Positions 54,401 through 64,000 of a stretch of DNA of 64,000 bases are shown one piece after another. A model generated the notes under the pieces. The model saw only the letters and a list, made by a program, of their open reading frames with translations, had not been told where the DNA came from and did not search any database. The stretch is from Hormiphora californensis (taxonomy: Eukaryota > Animalia > Ctenophora), in NCBI GenBank assembly GCA_020137815.1, contig CM035353.1, positions 1,426,001 to 1,490,000 of the forward strand, written 5' to 3'. The position numbers and the translations under genes are program-made. How positions within the stretch are numbered: the first letter of the stretch is position 1; every line of letters starts with the position of its first letter.

Positions 54401-57400
54401 TGTGGTTCGTTTGATAATAACAGCATTTAATTCTCAGTTACTTTGTGGTTCGTTTGATAATAACAGCATTTAATTCTCAGTTACTTTGTGGTCCGTGTGA
54501 TAATAACAGCATTTAATTCTCAGTTACTTTGTGGTTCGTTTGATAATAACAGCATTTAATTCTCAGTTACTTTGTGGTTCGTTTGATAATAACAGCATTT
54601 AATTCTCAGTTACTTTGTGGTTCGTTTGATAATAACAGCATTTAATTCTCAGTTACTTTGTGGTTCGTTTGATAATAACAGCATTTAATTCTCAGTTACT
54701 TTGTGGTTCGTTTGATAATAACAGCATTTAATTCTCAGTTACTTTGTGGTTCGTTTGATAATAACAGCATTTAATTCTCAGTTACTTTGTGGTTCGTTTG
54801 ATAATAACAGCATTTAATTCTCAGTTACTTTGTGGTTCGTTTGATAATAACAGCATTTAATTCTCAGTTACTTTATGGTTCGTGTGATAATAACAGCATT
54901 TAATTCTCTCAGTTACTTTGTGGTCCGTGTGATACTGGGTCACATTAAGATGAACGTCCTGAACGGTATCTCCCTCTTTGTCATCCTTGGTATTGGGGTG
55001 GATGACGCCTTCGTGTTCATCGATACTTTCAAGCAGTTGGGTAATGAGAGAGACAGGGCCCACCGACTTAAGAAAACATTCCAGGTACATATCAGAGAGG
55101 AGATGAGAGAGTAGTATTAGAGAGTATAAGCTGTGTAGAATGAAATTGATAACAGTCAGACCCGGGTTTACCAGAGGGATAAATTTCACAAATAAAGGAG
55201 TATCTCGCCCCGACATATATACCCCCGGGAAGCCCAGTAAATCGGGGTTTGGTTGGTCCATTATGGAAATGATCGGTGCCCAAAACCCCACTCTCACATT
55301 GTATGTGTTTCAGATAGCAGGCAAGGCAACGTTGTTCACCTCAGCTACAACGGCAGTGGCCTACTCAGCCAACATATTCAGTAAAATTCCAGCAGTTAGC
55401 AATTTTGGGTACTGCATGGCATTCCTAGTTATCATCTGCTACATTCTTGGTATGTTGTCCTTTTGAAGGATCGGTCGACTGTTTAATATCCGCATAATCA
55501 GTGAGGAAATTTAGAAATCTTAGCTTTCTCACTGATTTGTGTGTTTCACTCTTTTATATTTTATTATTTTCAATCTGTTTGGTTCTTATACAAACACACA
55601 CACACACACACACACAAACACACATCTCTTCAGTGACCCTTATGATGCCTGCGGTGTTGTCCCTGTGGTCTTTGACAGGACTGGAAGCCAAGGAGAAACA
55701 GCTTGAGGAGTGCTTCGGAAAACCCCTCCAGAAGATATTCCCCTGGTAAAGTTCATTAAATGTTTAATGAAATATGGATAATAATAATAACGCTGGAAAG
55801 ACTTTTAGCATGGTAACCCCCTCCCTCCCCATAGTAACCATGGTAACCATGGTAACCACCTTCCCATGTCCCCCAGAAGATATTCCCATGGTAAAGTTCA
55901 TCAAATGTTTAATGAAATATGGATAATAATAATAACGCTGGAAAGACTTTTAGCAAACATACCTGTTATATAATGTCCTAAATTGTTTTAGGGTATTAAA
56001 TTTCGGGTCACTTCTCATACTTTCCATACCATGCCCATGAATTTATTACAATGAATGCTTTTTGCCAAATTCTGACCCTAAACTCTGTGCTATGCGGTAA
56101 CCCCGGCCTCCCCCCATAGGCCGGGGGGGGGGGGGGGCCGGCTGAAGTTTTTGAAGTCGACTTCAAAAACTTCAAAGAGAAACTTAGGGTGGAAAACTTC
56201 AAAAACTTCAAAAACTCATATCTCCTAAACCGTCGGAGATAGGCCCTATGTTGCTTCATAACTCTTATATAAACTCGAGGCCGCTGATGATTTTGGTGTC
56301 CATATTTTTTTCACTACTCCCTTAATAAAAAATTTGCATTTTGTGAAACTGGCAAAAAGGGTGTGGCCCCAAAAAATTTTTTGAAAATTTACTTCATAAT
56401 TTTTAAACACTTTCTTAGCATTTTCTAGGCAACTTTTTGAGTTATAGAATGAAAATGAAATCTGTTTTTACAAAAAATTTAAATTTTTTACACCAAATTG
56501 TGCCATGGATTTCATGGCTAGGAATCATTGTAAATATCATAATTTATGGTAGAAAAAGGGCAGACAAGGACGGATAACTTTGCCACAATATGTATTAAGC
56601 ATGAAACTAACCTAAACAAATGTAATAATAGTCACTGATAGCATATAAAAGTAGTTTAGAGTTTTTGAAGTTTTTGAAGTTTTTGAAGTCAACCGGCCCC
56701 CCCCCCATAGGCCATATTGTAACCATGGTACCCCCCTGTAATAGTAACCATGGTAACCACCCATATAGTAACCATGGTAACCCCCTCCCTCTGTTATAGG
56801 TGTGCCACGGACAAGGTGGTGCGTGTCAGGTATCATGCAGATCCTCTTCCACTCCGTGGATGCCACTGTGATGCGGAGTTATGAGAACCTTCCTCCTGAC
56901 AGCCTCACCCAAAACAACCTCTACAACAGGTACATAATTAGTACATAATTAGTAGACAATTAGTACACAATTAGTACATAATTAGTACACAATTAGTACA
57001 TAATTAGTGCACAATTAGTACACAATTAGTGCACAATTAGTACACAATTAGTAGACAATTAGTACACAATTAGTACACAATTAGTACACAATTAGTACAC
57101 AATTAGTACACAATTAGTAGACAATTAGTACACAATTAGTACACAATTAGTACACAATTAGTACACAATTAGTGCACAATTAGTACACAATTAGTACACA
57201 ATTAGTACACAATTAGTACACAATTAGTGCACAATTAGTGCACAATTAGTACACAATTAGTACACAATTAGTACACAATTAGTACACAATTAGTACACAA
57301 TTAGTACACAATTAGTACACAATTAGTACACAATTAGTATACAATTAGTACACAATTAGTACACAATTAGTACACAATTAGTACACAATTAGTACACAAT

Positions 57401-60400
57401 TAGTACACAATTAGTACACAATTAGTACACAATTAGTACACAATTAGTACACAATTAGTGCACAATTAGTACACAATTAGTACACAATTAGTACACAATT
57501 AGTACACAATTAGTACACAATTAGTACACAATTAGTACACAATTAGTGCACAATTAGTACACAATTAGTACACAATTAGTACACAATTAGTACACAATTA
57601 GTACACAATTAGTACACAATTAGTACACAATTAGTACACAATTAGTACACAATTAGTACACAATTAGTACACAATTAGTACACAATTAGTACACAATTAG
57701 TAAACAATTAGTACACAATTAGTACACAATTAGTACACAATTAGTACACAATTAGTACACAATTAGTAGACAATTAGTACACAATTAGTATACAATTAGT
57801 ACACAATTAGTACACAATTAGTACACATTTAGTACACAATTAGTACACAATTAGTGCACAATTAGTACACAATTAGTACACAATTAGTACACAATTAGTA
57901 CACAATTAGTGCACAATTAGTGCACAATTAGTGCACAATTAGTACACAATTAGTACACAATTAGTACAATTAGTACACAATTAGTACACAATTAGTACAC
58001 AATTAGTACACAATTAGTACACAATTAGTACACAATTAGTAAACAATTAGTACACAATTAGTACACAATCAGTACACAATCAGTACACAATTAATACACA
58101 ATTAGTGCACAATTAGCACACAATTAGTACACAATTTGTACACAATTTGTACACAATTATGTAGTACACAATTAGTACACAATTAGTACACAATTAGTGC
58201 ACAATTAGTACACAATTAGTACACAATTAGTACACAATTAGTACACAATTAGTACACAATTAATACACAGTTAGTACACAATTAGTACACAATTAGTACA
58301 CAATTAGTACACAATTAGTAAACAATTAGTACACAATTAGTACACAATTAGTACACAATTAGTACACAATTAGTACACAATTAGTACACAATTAGTACAC
58401 AATTAGTACACAATTAGTATACAATTAGTACACAATTAGTATACAATTAGTACACAATTAGTAAACAATTAGTAAACAATTAGTACACAATTAGTACACA
58501 ATCAGTACACAATCAGTACACAATTAATACACAATTAGTGCACAATTAGCACACAATTAGTACACAATTAGTACACAATTTGTACACAATTATGTAGTAC
58601 ACAATTAGTACACAATTAGTACACAATTAGTGCACAATTAGTACACAATTAGTACACAATTAGTACACAATTAGTACACAATTAGTACACAATTAGTACA
58701 CAATTAATACACAGTTAGTACACAATTAGTACACAATTAGTACACAATTAGTACACAATTAGTAAACAATTAGTACACAATTAGTACACAATTAGTACAC
58801 AATTAGTGCACAATTAGTACACAATTAGTACACAATTAGTACACAATTAGTACACAATTAGTATACAATTAGTACACAATTAGTATACAATTAGTACACA
58901 ATTAGTACACAATTAGTAAACAATTAGTACACAATTAGTACACAATCAGTACACAATCAGTACACAATTAATACACAATTAGTGCACAATTAGCACACAA
59001 TTAGTACACAATTTGTACACAATTATGTAGTACACAATTAGTACACAATTAGTACACAATTAGTGCACAATTAGTACACAATTAGTACACAATTAGTACA
59101 CAATTAGTACACAATTAGTACACAATTAGTACACAATTAATACACAGTTAGTACACAATTAGTACACAATTAGTACACAATTAGTACACAATTAGTAAAC
59201 AATTAGTACACAATTAGTACACAATTAGTACACAATTAGTGCACAATTAGTAGACAATTAGTAGACATTTAGTACACAATTAGTACTTAGTACACAATTA
59301 GTGCTCTAATTTCATGACTCGATATATTGAGGTTAAAGTTCAATTTACTCGGCTGGAAAAGGGACAAAACAATTTGTTTACAGGTTATATTAATTCGTTG
59401 ACATGTATTTTGTTTTAGGTTGGGTGATACTGGTCCTATAGAAGAGCCAGTCTACGAAGTGATGTCCGGGGAGAATATATACGATAGGGTGAGTGCAATT
59501 ATACCCGAATTAAATGTATGCGATGATGGTTTATGAAGTACAGGGTGTTCATGGGATCTTTAGAAGGTCACCCCTCAAACCCTCCTGTTGATCTTTAGAA
59601 GGGTTGGGCTTCACCCAGAAAAAAGTTGGGTACAACAATAACTATGTATGTCATGATGGTTTATGATTACATGAGTTGGATAGGTCGAATAATCCAATGG
59701 CATACTGCATGACTTAACCTCCTGCTGCAGCACAACGATAGATCTATTTCTTGTGGTTTCTGCCGAACGCCTTACTTTCCATTTCTCTCTCTCTCAGTAT
59801 CTGTAGCTTTCTCTATCTCTCCCTCTCACTCTCTCTCTCTCTCTCTTTCTCTGTATATCTCTTGCTATATAGTCCTTCCCCATCACTCTATCTTTCTCTC
59901 TCGGTCTAATGCCACCACTTATATCTGAGAGGTGGGTACATGCACGTTATAGGCTGCAGCACAGTGTAAAACTGTCATTATACTGTCACTCTACACAGCT
60001 CTACCATCACCCGTATTGTAAAGGTGTCATTATACTGTCACTCTATGTACAGCTCTACCATCACCCGTATTATATTTCCTGAACCAGGTGTCCAACACGC
60101 ATACATGATAAACATCCCTCGTGGCTCATTCCTAACCCCCTCATTGGGATTCCTAAAGCCTGCCCCCCCCCCCCCCCCCGCTATTGTAATCCTACTAACA
60201 AGGGTTCATGTTCAGATAGACACGTGTACTCTGAGACCGGGTGTAGGAGGAGCAGCAGTGGCTGGTCCTGGATCGAGAGTTCCCCACCCCTCCCAACACT
60301 CTAGTTGTAAGGCTGAAGACCAGGATAGTGGTGTTGATCCTGAGGACGAGGAAGAAAGTCTTGGATGCCTGGTTAGTACCACGTGAATATGATGTAGTTT

Positions 60401-62051
60401 CTCACTTTCCGAACCGGGGTGTACAAGACAGTCATGACGTTATGTCACCGTTATATGTTACCTTACCAAACTTTACAACCCCCCTCCCTTTACTACCAAT
60501 GACCCTCTTCTCCCCACCTAGCCAGGTAGATCAGATTCCCTCAAGTCTCCGTACCTGTCTCGCCCACCTGCCACCCAGAGGATATATATGGTGGTTGGTG
60601 GAGATTTAGTGGAGAAAGAGACGAAGCTTGCAGAGGACGGTCTGATCAGTTTGACCTGGCTTCAAAAGCTCATGAGGAACTGTGTGGCGCCATTTATCGT
60701 TAAAGCACGATATTGTATGTTAAATTTACATTGTTAATGACGTGTTAATTTCACTGACGTAATATTCTGATGTTTTATTCAACTCGTTGAAAACAAGACA
60801 TTGGTTAGTTAACACAATATTCTTCAGGTTTGATACTGGTATTTGCTGTTATTTTGGCATTTTCTATCTGGGGTGGGACACAAATCCAAACTCCCAACCA
60901 CCCACCCGAGATATTCCCGAGGGACAGCAACATTCAACATTTTATCAACCTGAGCTACGACTTTACTAGTACTGAGAGGTATAGCTTCTTCATATGATAA
61001 TCTCTTTATGTTCCCGTACTAGCTTTTATTTTTGCACAACTATCACATTTTCGGAGCAACGGCTCACCCTTCTAATACTCATAAGTTGTTGACCACCTTG
61101 TACATCACCTTGTACCTATATCTATGGTACCTATATATGTATATATATGTATATATGAGAGCTAAGTGTTTTGTTCCAGGTGTCGCCCGATGATTGGTTT
61201 CCCGTCAGGGATTCCATGAAACATGACGTGTCCTAAATACAGCTGTATTATTTAGAAGAGAGCTAAGTGTTCATGTTTCAGGTGTGACAAATGTTCGGGG
61301 TATTTTGCCGATACAACAGCCCTGACTGACAGAGCCCGCAAACTTCCTGCATACGATCCCAAGAAACCTGAAGATACTGCTAGGTATGTGTTATTCCAAA
61401 ACCAGGAACCAACCAAATCAGGAAATACTGGTCCCTGATTGACTGATAACCAGTCACGTGACCTAAATAGCGAGTTCTGATTGGTTGTTTACTTGTTTCG
61501 GTCGTTTCCTGTCCAAAACATTGAAATCATATATTCCAATCTTGGAGTATTATCTTCTAATATAACTTGTTGCTCGTGAGACTGCGCTATTACGTATTCA
61601 TGGTATTGTACCATTTTTTATTTGTTCGTCATATTATACCAAATGTCTCGTGTTTTTCCTTACCTCGCGGTTAATGTATGTGTGCTCTAAGGAAGGGTGT
61701 CCTACAAAGAACTGCTTAGAGGGCGAACACGTGTGTAGCTGGGTACATAGCTGGGTACACGTGTTACGCGGAAACTTACTTTGGGCCTTTTCTTTTCTTT
61801 TGCTCTCACTCTTCCCTCCTCTTGCGCTCTCTCTCTCTGATCTCTCTTCCTTTCTCTCTCCATCAATCTCTCTTCACCCCCTCTCTCAATGTCCCGCCAA
61901 TACACTCCCTCCTGTCCAATGCTGAACCTTATGTTATGAATACCTCAATCCTCCAATATTGAATATACAAGCCACTCACTAAGATGTCAAGTTATAGAAA
62001 CTACATTATATATGGAACTAGGGTGCGAGATGTTTTTTGTTTTAAATAGCT

Positions 62052-62099
<48 letters not shown>

Positions 62100-62275
62100 C
62101 CAGCTTGGTATTTCCATCTGACAGATCTAATGATGATTCCCCTCTCTACAGTGGTGGTAGTGGTTCAAGTGGTTACATACCAAAGGATGGAAGTAGCAGT
62201 AGTGGTTCTGGAGATGGCAAGGGAAGCTATAACAATGGAGATATGAACAGCGACACAAGGTAGGAATTGGGAAAT

Positions 62276-62308
<33 letters not shown>

Positions 62309-62937
62309 GGGGGTGGGGGGTGGTTGGGAACTGGTGGGGATTAGAAAACCATGGGGTGATATCAATACTAAATGAGAGATGAGCTAATATGAAATGATCT
62401 TATGATGAAAGATGTCCAATATGTTACATATTAATGACTGGGCAACATAGCTTCCTCGGTATGGTATCTGCAATCTTCATATTATATTGTATTACATATT
62501 GTGATTGGATTAGTCCAACTGTTTGTTCGTAAAACTCGAGATGTAACCCTGGCCAGTGTACCCCAGACCTATTCTGATCAGAACGGGTCTGGGGTACGCT
62601 GACCAGGGTTACATCTCGAGTTTTACGACGGAATCCCCTAGTGCAGTCAGCTTAGGCCGGAGCATTTTTCATCCGAGGTTGAACTTTCTTCAGGCACGGG
62701 GTGAGTTGCAGGACTTCAAAGAAATGTCTTCTGATATTGGTACAATTGTTCCTTTCCTTCTTTCCACAGGTCCTCTTCACTCTCCAAAAATTTTGGACCA
62801 AAAATATTACAAAACGTTGCCCACTGAGATCTTTAAAATGTACAATTCCAACACATGCCACTGTATTGAACTGCAGTCGGACCTCGATTTACCGGGATGC
62901 TCGGGGGAAAGGGTTTTACCTGGTAAATCTGAGTTCC
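51445..62937 (+). CDS. Dispatched/PTCHD2(DISP3)-like RND/sterol-sensing-domain protein, partial (continues past the right edge)
   Basis: N-terminal TM and luminal loop (ANSITTYFYP, LRSQFLFGFP). SSD motifs LFVILGIGVDDAFVFIDTF and AGKATLFTSATTAVAY. More than 14 GT-AG exons. Confidence 0.85.
52975..53215 (+). repeat. 40-bp tandem repeat (6 copies) spanning a splice donor
   Basis: Unit GGTCTACCGATCTATACGATTATCAG|GTGACTATTAGCTG. The first copy is the true exon end at 53000. Confidence 0.9.
53608..54933 (+). repeat. 43-bp tandem repeat (~31 copies) spanning a splice acceptor
   Basis: Unit TTAATTCTCAG|TTACTTTGTGGTTCGTTTGATAATAACAGCAT. The last copy runs into the SSD exon. Confidence 0.95.
56930..59305. 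repeat. 11-bp satellite (TAGTACACAAT)n, ~2.4 kb, starting at a splice donor
   Basis: More than 200 units. Variant blocks recur with a 433-bp period. Confidence 0.97.
61403..61511. mobile_element. ~110-bp MITE-like repeat with CAGGAA/TTCCTG ends
   Basis: CAGGAACCAACCAAATCAGG..GTCACGTGAC..TTTCGGTCGTTTCCTG; matches 33885-33966. Confidence 0.75.
62527..62628. other. 102-bp near-perfect palindrome/hairpin
   Basis: TCGTAAAACTCGAGATGTAACCCTGGCCAGTGTACCCCAGACC..GGTCTGGGGTACGCTGACCAGGGTTACATCTCGAGTTTTACGA. Confidence 0.85.
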
Positions 62938-63304
62938 GGTAAATCGGCATCCGACTGTATTAGTTCAGCCAGCTCTGTGGTTATTGTGTGTGTGTGTGTG
63001 ACCCCTACCGTGATTGATCTCTTCTGAGTCACGTGACACCATCGCGTTGTTTTGATTGGTGGACCTCCTGTCACATGACACCATCCTGTTGTTTTGATTG
63101 GTGGACCTCCTAATTAGAAACCAATACGACCCCCACTGCTACACACGAATCATCAATAAAACATCATATATCCGCGACACGTTTAAGATTAGCCCCCCCC
63201 CCCCAAAAGGAAAATATATGCTTTTTTGTGCCTATAATGACAAATAAATGAAAGATCAGCCCGGTGTCAATTGCATGAAAAACGGACGGACGGACTTTAA
63301 ATAG

Positions 63305-63415
63305 AAAACACGAATTATTTTGGAAATAATTTTACCGTAGCTTTCAAGTTTCAAATTGGGTATTCTTCGTTAGCGGACCTGTCGGACACCCGTTATACAC
63401 GTCAACTTTATAGAC
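63305..63415 (-). mobile_element. Diverged solo pLTR fragment related to the Penelope element at 23 kb
   Basis: The minus strand reads CCGCTAACGAAGAATACCC..TTGAAAGCTACGGTAAA..TTCCAAAATAATTCGTGTTT, versus CCGCTGATGAAGATTACCC..TTGAAAGCTACGGTAAA..CCAAAATACCTCGTGTTT at 23025-23102. Confidence 0.7.
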
Positions 63416-63475
63416 TACAACAGGAAGGGTGTTTCAATGGACCTTGCAGGTAATGGGGATCCCTTCCTGGTTGAT

Positions 63476-63550
<75 letters not shown>

Positions 63551-64000
63551 TCGACGAGAGAGATAGAGAGAGAGAGAGAGTCGAGAGAGCCTCATGCGTC
63601 GCGTCCGTCTCGCGATGCTCTCTCTACTCTCGCCTACTCGCGCCCCGTCATCCTCGATCCGACGCAGCTCTCCTCTCGCCTCTCGTCCTGCTCTCCGCTC
63701 TCTCTCTCTCTCTCTCGCTACGCCCCGCTACTTCCCTCGCTCTTCCGGGGGCTCGCTTGCAGCCCATCTTTGTGTTGCTCTCCTCTCTGCGCTCCGCTCT
63801 CTGAGCTGCGGCTCTCTCGTGCGACTACTCGTCTCTCTTTCTCTCTCGCGCTTTCCCGCTCTCCCCTCCGCGACGCGTCTCGGCTACTCTCTCTCGCCTC
63901 TCCGCTCCTCCCGCTCTCAGAGCGGCGCAGCGCGAGCTCAGACGAGAAGTGGGTGCTTTTGCGGCGGCGAAATCGCAGGGCGTTGTCCTCTTACCAGGTG

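Noticed and set aside
53608-54933. Regular 43-bp repeats resembling a CRISPR array
   Set aside because: No unique spacers, no cas genes and a eukaryotic intron context; it is a head-to-tail minisatellite.
63547-64000. CG/TC-rich low-complexity ORF region
   Set aside because: Degraded-looking sequence right after a (GA)n tract; probably sequencing noise.

Overview
Eukaryotic (animal) genomic DNA. It is gene-dense and intron-rich with GT-AG introns. The gene style, the orphan GPCR type and one abundant ~110-bp repeat suggest a ctenophore such as Pleurobrachia or Hormiphora; this is an inference. Host genes, left to right: glycogen synthase (-, runs off the left edge), RBX1, NUP50, eIF3e, a HEAT-like gene (-), PTAR1, RRS1, a small secreted Cys-rich protein (-), DDX19/DBP5 and a Dispatched/PTCHD-like SSD protein (runs off the right edge). 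The introns hold most of the novelty. (1) Three nested genes: a cathepsin-L-like protease with two ShKT domains, an unannotated 2-exon single-pass membrane microprotein and an antisense GPCR. (2) An intact R4/Dong-type RLE retrotransposon inserted in a (GA)n tract. (3) A Penelope-like element with a hammerhead motif, split in frame by an 8-bp-TSD foldback element. (4) A 3.5-kb mini-Maverick/Polinton-like element with AGTAGT ends, a 6-bp TSD, ~560-bp TIRs and three intact ORFs, but no polymerase, integrase or capsid. (5) Many foldback MITEs. (6) A recurrent pattern of tandem repeats that amplify splice junctions. Very short same-strand intergenic gaps and acceptor-like AGs just before start codons hint at SL trans-splicing or operons. 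Two segments (~28.5-29.35 kb and after ~63.55 kb) look like error-rich assembly. All exon coordinates were read by eye and no searches were run.
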